Shown here in pieces: positions 52,345 to 63,514 of a DNA stretch of 64,000 nt; the first letter of the stretch is position 1; every line of letters begins with the position of its first letter. The stretch is from Felis catus. Taxonomy: Eukaryota. Made by a program: the position numbers and the translations under genes. Location: positions 197,472,001-197,536,000 of the forward strand of contig NC_058368.1 of NCBI RefSeq assembly GCF_018350175.1. Reading direction: 5' to 3'. Under the pieces are notes generated by a model that was not told the origin of the DNA, ran no database searches, and was given only the letters and a program-made list of their open reading frames with translations.

Positions 52345-52929
52345 ACTTGGGTGTGTCCATCTGTGGAGGTATATGTGTGAATATGTATGAATCATACCCT
52401 TCTCTGCAGCTGGGTGGGACCCCTGTCAGATTTCTAAGTAGGAGGGTTTATGTACATTAGGCAAATTGATTCATATAGACCTTGGTACGATTTGACTTAA
52501 CCAGGGCATGGTGTCAGGGAAGAAGGAGCACTGGACTGGGAGTCTATCACTGCAGCAAAATTCCTTTTCTTCCTGTGCCACTACCTCCCCAGGCTACATG
52601 CAGAGGGTTGGGGACTAGGTGACAGTGATGCTTTTTGGGGGGTATAACTGTGTAGATGCCATGTTGTCACAAAACACATTTTTAATGAAGTGCCTAATTG
52701 CTCAAGGCATTTTATTGTCGTTCAGGGTACTTCTTTATCATTGGTACAATATTTTCACTTACACTGTTTTATTTGATAACGTTGGAAAATTAGGATTCCG
52801 GTTATTTGATACGATGATTTTTTTGTGTGTGTGAATGTATGCAAGTGTATAGGATCCTTTCTTTCGTATGCCTACACTTTGTGTTCTTCCGTGGGAAGGG
52901 CGGGCAAGGGAAGCCAGTTCAGCCTTAGG

Positions 52930-53100
52930 TCCCCAAATTGCCTCCCAGCACCTGCACCACGGTCCTCTGGGGGAACTTGTGACAAAATGCAGCTTGCCGG
53001 CTCCCGACCGCAGTCCTGTGAGATCAGAATCTCAGGGACAACGGTCAGGAACGTGCATTTTCTCAGAAGTTCCCCCAAATCATTTTCGGACCCCACTGCG
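52930..53100. mobile_element. MER5-like relic
   Basis: Motifs ggaacttgtgacaaaatgcag..atcagaatctcagg..aggaacgtgcattttc. Confidence 0.55.
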
Positions 53101-54761
53101 GTAAAATGAAATTGTGCCTGGAAACTCACACCTCCACTGACAGCATTAAGCCTTCCACGATCCTATAGAATGAGATTTCTGAGGCTGGCCACCTCAGGCC
53201 GTTGAGGCTGACCCTCGCTTCTGTTAGGTGGAGGAGACCAGGTGATCATTTGGAATTATGGAGAAAACACTGGGACCTGGAACAAGAAAGAAGTCTGAAG
53301 CTGTGAGCAGAGCAGGCTTATGGCTGACAATGCATCTCAGGAGAACTGTGGGTACCTCTCAAACAAAGCAAAACACCAAACAGATTGTCAGCGTTGTCTG
53401 CAATCTTTCGGAGCATCTGATGGGACTTGAACAAGACCAACACTAGACAGTAGGACAGAGACAGAATGGGCACAAGGAAGAAAACTCTCCAGACAAAGGC
53501 AGCTGTAGTTGAAAAGAAAGCAAAAGCTCCCTAGGACTCCAATTTTGCTTTGTCATGAGTATTGCTGTTGTGATTTTAAAAAACTGTTTTCTCTTCCTGG
53601 AGAAGGGACTCTATTCAGAAACTGCAGCCTTCCCCTCTCAGCACTGGAAAAGTGATTATAACGCAAGCCGGGAGAGGCGGTCCTCTCCCCGCCCCTGTGC
53701 TACCTTGTCACCGTCCCCACCTCTCGGAGCCTGGGGCTTCTTAGTTCACTAAGGATATTACGGGCTTGCTCAGTGCCCATCCCCCCTGGCTATTCTCCAA
53801 TGTGAAACCTGGGCAGAGAGACGGGGAAAGCGCCCCAAATCCAGCTGTCAAGGGCTTCCTGCCATGATGGTCAGGATTGACTCAGTGCCAACTGATGGGC
53901 TGGGGCCAAGCGCCCACCTCTGCTTCCTACCTGGGTGGGGGGGAAGCTCGCTCAAACTGCCTGAATACGGGTGCAAGATGTAGTGTGTGGCCCACCCTCA
54001 GGGCAATCTGGTTTCCCAGCTGATACTTAGCCACAGCTGACCTTCGATGACATGGGCTTGTCTCAGAGTCACAAGGCTCAGACGTTAATCAGGGCACATG
54101 AATAGAATCCCCGCAGAGTGAAACAAAGTGCACCCATGAAAAATTTCTTAGCACCATCATTTCCCCACTTGTCCCTCACGTGACCCCCAAAGGGGGAACG
54201 ATGGCCTATCCTAGCGGTAAAGCACAGGGGCTCTGGTTCAGAATACGGGTCATTCCAGTGGGTCGGGCAAGCTTTGGCAGCTGGGGGAACCCTTTCAAGG
54301 CTCCGCTTCCTTATTTCTAACACGGGGCCAGACATGACGGTCCCCACGTTGTAGGGTCACCGACAGCCCTACATGAGATCATGCGTGAAAACTGCCAAGC
54401 ATGACGCTGAGTTCATAGCAGCACTCGGGAGCTGGGGCCATTGTTAGCACCAGAGGTGCTCCAGGAAATAGACAGATGCTGTTACACTTTTCAAGCAGTC
54501 GGTATCGGCCACTCTATAACTTGAATAGATTTATTTTAACATAAGTCAACTGGCTGGGTCAGAGGCACGTAACAATGCAACCAGATGCAACTCCTTGCCC
54601 TAGGAGTTCAGTGGTTAGTACCCTAGGCTCTGAAAGCAGACTAGAGCCCATCTGCAGAAGGCATGCTTTCAAAGAGACAAGTATGGAAAATTTTTTTTTT
54701 CACCCACTAGCAAGGAAGAGGCGATTCTGTCTGATTTTGAGAATTTATCTCTGTCAACTTA

Positions 54762-54920
54762 TTCATCAAACTGTGATCCCGGGGACACCTGTGTTAGAAA
54801 CACCTGGGGGGAAACTTGCCAGAAGGCAGATTCTTCTAGAAGGTCCCAGCTCAGATTTCCGTATCCAGATGCTCTGGGAGTGATGATTCCTTTGTGCCCC
54901 TAAAGTTTGAAAACTGTTGG
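54762..54920. mobile_element. MER5-like relic
   Basis: Motifs cacctgggggg..gcagattct..tgattcc..ctaaagtttgaaaactg. Confidence 0.5.
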
Positions 54921-55062
54921 CCACTGTGTGTTGCCAGGCCAATTATGATACGTGGGTCATATTATAAATAGAATATATTCAAGAAGGCATTTGTAAAATT
55001 ACTCTCGGTGGGTCCAAAGTCGTATTAATAATCGATTTCACTTTTATTTAAAAATATATTTA

Positions 55063-55281
55063 GGGGGCCTGGGTGGCTCAGTCGGTTAGGCCTCCGACTT
55101 CTGGTTTCGGCCTGGGGGGTCACAATCTCACGGTTTCCTGAGTTCGAGCCCCACATCGGGCTCCAAGCTGACAGTGCGGAGCCTGCTTGGGATTCTCTGT
55201 CTCCCTCTCTCTGCCCCTCCCCCACGTGTCCTATCTCTCTCTCAAAATAAACAAATAAACTTAAACCAAATTAAAAATAAA
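55063..55281 (+). mobile_element. SINEC
   Basis: Head, (CT)n and A tail. Confidence 0.9.
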
Positions 55282-56523
55282 CTTATACACATTGTATAGC
55301 CATGCTTAGGACAAAGACTGGAAGCATCCACATCCCGTTTAACGATGCCTATCTCTAGGTGGTAATGTTATGCGTGATTTATCTCATTTTGTGCTTTCCT
55401 ATATTTTTAAAGGTTCTACAAAGAACATTTGTTACCTTTTTAACGAGGAAAACAATGTGCTTTTAAAATAAAAGCCTTGCCACCAGATGGGCAGCACCGA
55501 ACACTTCCTGAAATCTCACAGAATTCTGGAAAAGGGAAACCCAAGACTCATGGAAACCAAGCTGTCCCTCATTCGAGATGACGAAAACAGGTCTAGGGAA
55601 GAAAAGTGACCCTGCCCGAGCTTGCCAAGCTGGCCGGGCCGTGAGGGACTCCAGGTCTCTAGGCTCTTGGACCAGAGGGGCTTTGAAGTGCTCCGTGCTT
55701 TCCAGGGACCTGCCTCCCTTCCTTCCCGCCCTGTGAGGGTGACGGAAAAACCACAGGAAGCGCACTGATTCTGAGGGTGGAGAAGTATGTAATTGCCTTC
55801 GCAGAGAGGACTTTGCGGCCCTCGTTATTCTCTCTCTGGGAGTTAGTAGGTCATTTGCAAAAGGCATGGGAAGAGCAGCCGATGAAAAGGTCTAACAGTT
55901 TGGAAAACTGCTTAACCTTATTTCTCTATTTCTGGATTTCCCCCCATGGCCAGGGACTGTTGAGATCCTGATTTCCCCCGGAGGTTTCCTGTTTAGGAAT
56001 GCAGTGAAACCTCCGAAATCCAGAGGAATTGGGGAGAAGGCCAGCTGGAATTAGGGAACGGTCTGAATACTTTTTAAGAACATTCAGGTCTATTGTTTTC
56101 AAGGGCACAGAGGCACAGATTGGGAAGGAGCTTCGTCCAGCTCCTGTTCGGCGCAGGAACCCTTTGTGCTTCATCCCACACAGAGCTTTATTCGGGCTTC
56201 TCTTGAATGCTCCCAATGACAGGAGGCTCACTATTCAGATAGACAAACTATTTCAAAGTGTTGTGGTTTTTTGTTTTGTTTTGTTTTGTTGTTTTCATCT
56301 GAGCTGGGAATCTACCTTCCTTGAAGCTTCAGTTTGCTTCCTGGTATTCATATAAAATTGATACCCTCCTTTTCCCCAGACGGTCCTTAAATATTCGAAG
56401 GCAGTTATCATGCATCAGAAACGTCTTCACAGCATTCTCCTCTGCCAGCTGATCACCCCCAGGATATGCAACCATTATTTACACGACAAATGTCGTCAAC
56501 TCTAATTAGAAATATAAACAACT

Positions 56524-56750
56524 GGGGCGCCTGGGTGGCGCAGTCGGTTAAGCGTCCGACTTCAGCCAGGTCACGATCTCGCGGTCCGTGAGTTCGAGCC
56601 CCGCGTCGGGCTCTGGGCTGATGGCTCAGAGCCTGGAGCCTGTTTCCGATTCTGTGTCTCCCTCTCTCTCTGCCCCTCCCCCATTCATGCTCTGTCTCTC
56701 TCTGTCCCAAAAATAAATAAACGTTGAAAAAAAATTAAAAAAAAAAAAAA
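56524..56750 (+). mobile_element. Young SINEC_Fc
   Basis: CpG-intact; TSD agaaatataaac(a/g)act. Confidence 0.95.
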
Positions 56751-58039
56751 GAAATATAAACGACTGTCTCTAATTGGCTTCTAAATTAATGGCTATATAA
56801 ACTCATACCTGAGCACAGCTGAAAACCACCTGCACGGGTCTCATTATTTTATACAGGTGCAAACCAAGGTCCACTGAGGAAAACTGCCTGACCTAACGTG
56901 AGAGAGAGAGAATGAGACTGAGAGAGAGAGAGAGAGAGAGAGAGGTGGAGTTGAGACCTGAAACCTAGCTGCACAAATCCCAGCGCAGGGTTCTTTTTGC
57001 CTCACCCTGCCTCCTATTATTCATAAGACACCAGTATTTCTCAAGCCCTTGGGAAGTTTGTTCTCTTAGGTATTTCAAAAATGCCTCCTTCATATTATAT
57101 TTGCACTGTCAGAGAAGGAGGGGTAGCACAGGGCTGAAATTAGTGGACGTTATGCTGTCAGTGAAAGGTCTCATTCCAAGTCTCATTCACCTTCCTCGCG
57201 CTCTGCTATCAGAAGATCATCTCCCCCCCACCCCCGTCCCCGAGGATGCTAGTTCCCGATGAGCAGCGCCCCTACAGGGCCCCCCCTAGGCCTGCGACAC
57301 CTTCCACGAGGCCCAGCTGCCCACCGAATTTCGAACTTCCCAGCATCGGAACCGAAAATGGATCTGCCAGGGCGCGAGGCAGGCTGTGTTTCTGCTCTAC
57401 CCTGTGCTCGTTTTAAAGTTGCAGATGGTTTTTTTTCAGTTTGGCCGGATTCTCCGATGAAAAGACAAAGCAGAGACTCAGAGAAACAAACTAGACACTT
57501 GGGTGATTGGCTTCCTGTCTCCGTCCCCAGCAGCCCTGCAGTCACATGCTTCGAAGGGCACATTCCTCCCTGCCCCAGCCCACAGCAAGCTCCCTCTTCT
57601 TTCCGAGAGGTATTGCGTTTCTAGTTCTTATACTCACTTGGGCGTGGGTTGTGAGCTGCTCTGTGCCGCTTCCTGGTCTGCATGGGTTTGGACTCCCAGG
57701 GACCTGGGTTCCAGTCCTGACCCCGCAGCTAGCAGTTTGTGCGGCTTTGGGAAGTTACTTAACCTTTTCAAGCCTCAGTTGTCTCATTTAGTAGGAGAGG
57801 ACAATTATGTTGCCTACATCATGGGACTGTCAGGATGACATAATGCCTGAAAAGGTGACCAGCACTGTTCGTCTCATTCAGTAAGACACCATAAAAGGGA
57901 CCTGTTTAGTATTATTCATCTTATGCTACAGAAGGTAGAGACTGAAGCCTATACTCTTCTCACGCTGCACACAGTAGGTGCCCCATAAATACTCCCCGAC
58001 TGATTCTAGCCTGGGCTTCTTTCGGGTCAGAAATATTCT

Positions 58040-58269
58040 TTTTTTTTAAATTTTTTTCTTTTAGTGTTTATTATTGAGAGAGAGAGAGAGAGAGAGAGAG
58101 AGTGCAAGCAGGGGGAGGGCAGAGACAGAGGGCGACACAGAATCGGAAGCAGGCTCCAGGCTCCGAGCTGTCGGCCCAGAGCCCGACGCGGGGCTCGAAC
58201 CCACGAGCCGTGAGATCAGGACCTGAGCCGAAGTCGGATGCTCAACCGACTGAGCCACCCAGGCGCCCC
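58040..58269 (-). mobile_element. SINEC_Fc
   Basis: TSD cagaa(a/c)tattct. Confidence 0.93.
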
Positions 58270-60073
58270 TGGCCAGAACTATTCTGAGCATCATGTAACA
58301 ACAGTTCCTATGCTTCCAAGCTCCCTCTTCCCCAGGCTCCTTCCCCCAATAATGACCTCAGTGGGGAGGCCCACCCTGGCCTGCCACTTTGCACACCTGT
58401 CAGCTTGCATCTCAGGATAAGGTTCTCATCTGACAGACTCTGAGAACTTGCTGTCCAGGCAAAGAAAACTTCACGATCATGAATCCAACACAAACCTTAT
58501 GTAACCAACCTGTCAGCAAGAGGGACAGAGGGGCACTGACAGACGCCTACCTTCCCACCAAAAAAAAAAAACAAAAACAAAACAAAAGGAGACCGGAAGC
58601 AAGGGATTGAGGCATGCCAAAAATGCTCTTGCTTGTCAAGACCCTTAACACTGATCAAAGCTCTTGGATTTGAAGGATTCCTGAAGGAACGCAGAGATGG
58701 CTAAACCCCCTCGTACTGGAGTTTTCACGGAAATTGCATTAGATGCTTGTGTAACCCAAAGAATATATATACAACATTTTTTTTTCTTTTTGGTTAACAA
58801 CGTTTATTGTCCACGGGACTTACAACGATGACAGAAAAGTTTACAACGTTTTTTTTTTTCTACCTGAAATCTCTACCCGGAGTGGCTTGAAATTCCCGGT
58901 GGCTTAAGGACTTTTGTATCTTCCCCCTAAATGCTGAGGGTGTCCTAGTGGACTCTTGCTGAGGAAAAGAACAATCTTTCTCCTGTCCCTTCCACAGATT
59001 ATTCAGTCATTGCCTGATTTTTGTGCTAAGGACCCAAAAGCAATAAGAACATCCACGGGAATGAATTGGCTAGGGGACAGCCCCAGGGCGAAGCTTCCAC
59101 AACAGAGGGTGAACGCAGAAGTCAATGACAATGCGGTGGAGAGAGCACATCAGCTCCCGGAATAACAGGTGACAGCCAGGCTCCCCGGCCATAGCCCCAT
59201 CTCTGACATCCTTGGCTTCTTACCTTGGACAGGCCATTCCCCCTCCCAGGTTTTCATCTCTTTGGATGCCAAATGCCTTCTGTGGACTCTTTCAAGTCCA
59301 AGATGCCGTGAGGCTACCGGAAGGGTGAAGATCTGCTGGAGAAGCTGCCTGCCCCTCTGGGTGTGGGCCCCCGAGCAGGAGGAGAATGTGACAACCGGCA
59401 TGAAAGCCCTTGGAGAAGCGAAAGTGCCGAAGGGCACACACTCTCCAACTGGCTGTGGCACGTTCCAAAACCTTGGGCACCTAACTTTCTCCCGAGAGCT
59501 GAGTGTGCACCCGGACACCCAGCACTGAGCTGACAGGAGGCAGAGGAAGCCAATGCTTTTCTGGTTGGGGATCTTGGCTGGGACAGAAGGGAAGACAGAA
59601 GTGGAGTCAGCTTGGTGAGCGGGTGAAATGGCAACGGACATGGAGGCTGATCCTCCCCAGGCTGGCGTTGCCAGGGAGGACGGTCCTCTCCGTCAAACCT
59701 GGGCCAAGCTCTGGCTCAGACACACGGTGCAAAAATAGAAAGGGGGTGGGAGAAGAAATGTGTTTACTTTTGTGATTTTCCCTCATGTGCCTCTTAAGGG
59801 TATTAAAATCTCTCCACAAAAAGGCCGTCTTAGACTCCCCGGCCTCACCTCCATTGATAAACCCGACCAAACAAACAATGCACAAATCCAGCCATTGGCA
59901 GGGCAGCTGGAAGGCCAGTTTGGAAGGCAGGGGGGGTGGAGGGGAGAGCGATGGTCTGGGGTCTGTCACTAACTGGGCGAACCATGGAAAATCCCTCCTG
60001 GATGCTTTGCAAAACCAAGCGATTGCATTAGACAGACTCTAAAAATCTGTTTAGATCTGTGAAGCTTATATCT

Positions 60074-60285
60074 GCGGATCTCAACCAGGGGTGGTCTCAC
60101 CCCTCAAGGAGTATTTGGCAGGGTCTGGAGACCTTTCTGGTAGTCACAGTTCAGAGGGTGCTCCTGGCATCTACTGGGTAGAGGCCGGGGATGCTGTTGA
60201 ACGGCTGACGATGCATCGGACAGCCCCCACCACAGAGAACTACCTGGCCCAAAATGTTAATAGTGCCGAGGCTGAGACATCTCGC
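60074..60285 (+). mobile_element. MER20 (hAT-Charlie)
   Basis: Motifs tctcaaccaggg..gtctggagac..ctggcatctactgggtagaggccggggatgctg..ggcccaaaatgttaatagtgccgaggctgaga. Confidence 0.85.
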
Positions 60286-60929
60286 TTTATACTGAAGTCA
60301 GGAGGGTCAAAGAGGGGGGACGGGCAGGAAGAGACAGAAGTAAAGAAAGAGAAGGGGTTAAAATCCTGTTTCCCGGGTCATGAGGTATTCATCGGTTAAG
60401 TGTTTTCCAGTTTTCTCCCTATGACCAATACCCTCTCAGTTTTCTTTGGAATTACAGGGCTGTGCTTGAGTAGCGTTTTCCTAAGAACTCCCTCCTTTAT
60501 CTTTAAAATGCCAAACCCCGATGCAGTACAAACACCTCCCCTATGAGATGCAGCGAATACATAACATAAGCAGCTACTGGAACTGGAAGGTGGGTGGTGA
60601 GGGTGCACGGAGGGACGAGACAGATGTCCGTAACTCGGTTTCTATGAGTCAGTGTTTCTGATGTAACAACACAGAATGATCACCATAGGACCAGCGAGAC
60701 AAGCTATGCTGTCAGCAGGGAGAACTGCTTTGATGAGCTGGCACTGGGAGGGCTACAGGTTTGCAGCGGCAGATTCAAAGGCAAAAGAAAGGGTTAAGCA
60801 ATCAGTGCATGCCATTCTCGTATCATTCCATATTAAGTCCCTGGGCAGTTATTACAAATAGTTACCTGCGGTTTCCAGCGGGGGAGGCGACCACACTCCA
60901 GTCAAGGGTTTTTGGAGAAACAGGTGCAA

Positions 60930-61490
60930 TGAAGTCATGGTCAAACAATTTATTTACTGTAAACTTTAGACTTTGCTCAGGAAAACAACTGAAGCCTGCC
61001 CCTCCAATCTCTGCCTACGACACCCTGTTTGAGCAAATAAGAGGAGTGGGGAGAGTCCACGTTCACAGCTGAAAGGTCCGAAATACTCAAGATCCTCCAG
61101 TGCAAGGGTGCAGGAAGGAAGGACTCCTTCGGATACAAATTACCAGCAGCAATATATATTACCCCTAATACTTGACCAATGAGGTAGATCCACGGAAAAG
61201 TCATCAAAACAGAGCAGCCCCAGGTCCTCTGGGACCGAAGCCCTTCAGACACAAACTTAACACGTTCCATGCAAAAAGGAACTGAACTGGACAAGAAACA
61301 ATCACTCGAATGTGTTTTCTCTTTGTTACAGCTTAAAAAAATAATAATAAAAAAAAAAAGGCAGAAGGCTGTCCTTCCTCCTGCACATCTCTATACAATT
61401 TTATTCTAAGTTTATTACACTCAAGTTAAATAGTCTGTTTAGTGTTTGGCTGGGGGGGGGGGGAGGTCATAAAAAGTAGAAAAACCCGCC
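60930..61490 (-). other. ADRB2 3'UTR with C12 tract (61452-61463), AUUUA (61427-61431) and U-rich element (about 61335-61359)
   Basis: Lies between the stop codon and the distal AATAAA. The motifs are read directly from the sequence; the cleavage site is approximate. Confidence 0.8.
60949..60954 (-). terminator. Distal polyadenylation signal AATAAA of ADRB2
   Basis: The minus strand reads CAGTAAATAAATTGTTTGACCATG, resembling the recalled human mRNA 3' end. Two more AATAAA lie at 61400-61405 and 61411-61416. Confidence 0.75.
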
Positions 61491-62747
61491 TTACAACAGT
61501 GAGTCGTTTGTGCTACCGTTCTGCCCTTGTGAATCAATGCTATCGTTAGGCACAGTACCTTGACGGTTTGCAAGGTTTTCCGTGCCTGGGGGGTCCTCAC
61601 ACAGCACTTCGCTGTCTTTCTCCTGCCCCAGGGGACCTCCGCTGTGTTCCCCGGCATAGTCTGTTCTGCTGTTACTGTTGTTGGAGTAGCCATTCCCATA
61701 GGCCTTCAGAGAAGACCTGCGCAGGCACAGAAGCTCCTGGAAGGCAATCCTGAAGTCTGGGCTCCGGCAATAGATAAGGGGATTGAAAGCAGAGTTGACG
61801 TAGCCCACCCAGTTTAGGAGGATGTAAACTTCCTTAGGGATGAGGTTATCCTGGATCACGTGCACTATGTTGACGATGAAGAAGGGTAGCCAGCACAGGG
61901 TGAACGTGCCCATGATGATGCCCAAAGTCTTCAAGGCCTTGTGCTCCTTCAAGCAGAACTTGGAGGCCCTGCGATGTCCATGCCCGCTCCGCCCATCCTG
62001 CTCCACTTGGCTGAGATTTTGGGCGTGGAAGCGGCCCTCAGATTTGTCGATCTTCTGGAGCTGCCTTTGGGCCACCTGAAAGACCCTGGAGTAGACGAAG
62101 ACCATGACCACCAGGGGTAGGTAGAAGGACACAATGGAGGAGGCGATGGCATAAGCTTGGTTCGTGAAGAAGTCACAGCAGGTCTCCTTGGCATAGCAGT
62201 TGATGGCTTCCTGGTGGGTGGCCCGGTACCAGTGCATCTGGATGGGCAAGAAGGAGGTAAGCCCCGACACGATCCACACCATCAGAATGACCACCCGGGC
62301 CTTATTCTTGGTCAGCAGGCTCTGGTACTTGAAGGGCGACGTGATAGCAAAGTAGCGATCCACGGCGATCACGCACAGGGTCTCAATGCTGGCCGTGACA
62401 CACAGCACGTCAATGGAAGTCCAAAACTCACACCAGAAGTTGCCAAAGGTCCACATTTTCATGAGGATGTGGCTGGCCCCAAAGGGCACCACCGCCAGGC
62501 CCATGACCAGGTCAGCACAGGCCAGGGAGGTGATGAAGTAGTTGGTGACCGTCTGCAGACGCTCGAATCTGGCGATGGCCGTGATGACCAGCACGTTTCC
62601 AAACACGATGGCCAGGACGATGAGCGACATGACGATGCCCATGCCCACCACCCACGCGTCGTTTCGTTCCTGCGTGCCGTCCTGGTCCGGCGCGTGGCTT
62701 CCGTTGGGCGCCAGCAAGAAGACGCTGCGGTTCCCGGGCTGCCCCAT
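61491..62747 (-). CDS. ADRB2: Beta-2 adrenergic receptor, intronless class A GPCR, 418 aa
   Basis: [23 protein letters not shown]...DSLL with a strong Kozak context (GCCATGG) at 62747. It has 7 hydrophobic segments, Asp113 in TM3, DRY, CWLP and NPLIY motifs, palmitoylation Cys341 and the C-terminal PDZ ligand DSLL. The ORF-track start at 62789 is a non-ATG codon. Confidence 0.99.
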   Translation of the reverse strand: MGQPGNRSVFLLAPNGSHAPDQDGTQERNDAWVVGMGIVMSLIVLAIVFGNVLVITAIARFERLQTVTNYFITSLACADLVMGLAVVPFGASHILMKMWTFGNFWCEFWTSIDVLCVTASIETLCVIAVDRYFAITSPFKYQSLLTKNKARVVILMVWIVSGLTSFLPIQMHWYRATHQEAINCYAKETCCDFFTNQAYAIASSIVSFYLPLVVMVFVYSRVFQVAQRQLQKIDKSEGRFHAQNLSQVEQDGRSGHGHRRASKFCLKEHKALKTLGIIMGTFTLCWLPFFIVNIVHVIQDNLIPKEVYILLNWVGYVNSAFNPLIYCRSPDFRIAFQELLCLRRSSLKAYGNGYSNNSNSRTDYAGEHSGGPLGQEKDSEVLCEDPPGTENLANRQGTVPNDSIDSQGQNGSTNDSLL

Positions 62748-62799
62748 GGCGCGCAGGCTGGCAGGTGAGCGCACTGGCTGCCGGCGCACCGGCCGCGCC

Positions 62800-62859
62800 T
62801 CAGCGGGCGGACCTCCGGCGCGGCGCTGCGGGCAGCGAGCGGACGCCGGGAAGCCTCAT
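62800..62859 (-). CDS. ADRB2 5'-leader uORF (beta upstream peptide), 19 aa [19 protein letters not shown]
   Basis: ATG at 62859 in a weak context and TGA at 62802-62800, ending 52 nt before the main ATG. It closely resembles the human leader peptide as recalled ([19 protein letters not shown]). Confidence 0.93.
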   Translation of the reverse strand: MRLPGVRSLPAAPRRRSAR

Positions 62860-63024
62860 CCAGGGGCCGTGGGGTGGCTGTGCTGGGGGGCGCGTCCTGC
62901 ACTCAGCCTGTAGGGTGCTCTGGGCTCCCCGGGCGCGTCGGACCCAGCCTGCGCTCTGGAGAAGCCGCCCCGGATTGCGCGCTGCCCGTTATGTGCACAG
63001 GACTTTAGGGGACTGCCCTCGCGG

Positions 63025-63032
63025 TGACGTGC
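63025..63032 (-). promoter_or_regulatory. cAMP response element (CRE-like) in the ADRB2 proximal promoter
   Basis: Plus TGACGTGC / minus GCACGTCA about 30 nt upstream of the presumed TSS, at the position of the known human ADRB2 CRE (GTACGTCA). Confidence 0.75.
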
Positions 63033-63044
63033 GGCAACTTTCCG

Positions 63045-63049
63045 CCAAT
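63045..63049 (+). promoter_or_regulatory. Inverted CCAAT box, flanked by GC boxes
   Basis: GCCAATGG just upstream of the CRE, with GGGCGG motifs nearby. Confidence 0.6.
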
Positions 63050-63085
63050 GGCGGGCGGGCAGCCCCAAAGGGGCGAGGCCCGGTC

Positions 63086-63149
63086 CCCTTCCCGCCCTCC
63101 CCTCCCTTCCCCTCCCCTCCCCTCCCCTCCCCTCCCCTCCCCTCCCCTC
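63086..63149. repeat. (CCCCT)n / (AGGGG)n pentamer repeat in the ADRB2 promoter
   Basis: Run of CCCCT units, with a few degenerate units at the left end. Confidence 0.95.
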
Positions 63150-63483
63150 GCCCGTCCCCTCCCGGGGCTGGCCCGGGCGGGGCCCAGCTGCTCCCCTGCG
63201 GTGGGCGGGCCACCTCTCCCTGCCTGCTCCCTGGCTGCCCCCGGAGGCCTGCAGCTGGGGCTGGCGTGCGCACCATCCGATCCGGGAGCTTGGGGCTCTT
63301 TGGGGGCTGCTACCTGTCTGACCCGGGCCCCGGGGCGGCCTCTCCCCCACATTAGGCAACAGAGACGACAGTGCCCACCCCGACACGCACGGACAGGCAC
63401 ACATGCACCCCGACGGACATGCTCAGACTTATACGGAACCACAGCCACTGACACGGAGACACGCCCGTCCAGCGCACCCACAA

Positions 63484-63514
63484 GCACGCGCGCGCGCGCG
63501 CGCGCACACACACA
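63484..63514. repeat. (CG)9(CA)5 alternating purine-pyrimidine tract
   Basis: Direct read. Confidence 0.95.

Noticed and set aside
1507..58269. tRNA-like A/B box sequences
   Set aside because: All belong to SINE heads followed by (CT)n and A tails; no standalone tRNA gene was seen.
1899..58294. Recurring ORFs such as QRETEHERGRGRERGRHR and SSSPASGSVLTAQSLEPASDSVSPSLS
   Set aside because: They are translations of SINE consensus sequence, not a gene family.
1..60900. Exons of a neighbouring gene (SH3TC2 lies on this side in human, from memory)
   Set aside because: No ORF with recognisable SH3/TPR similarity was seen; non-coding exons cannot be excluded.
62748..62789. 14-aa N-terminal extension of ADRB2 in the ORF track (432 aa)
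   Set aside because: It starts at a GTG. The ATG at 62747 has a strong Kozak context and gives the canonical MGQPGN N-terminus.
62157..62913. Antisense ORFs (203 aa and 123 aa) over ADRB2
   Set aside because: These are shadow ORFs expected from GC-rich codon usage, with no recognisable domain.
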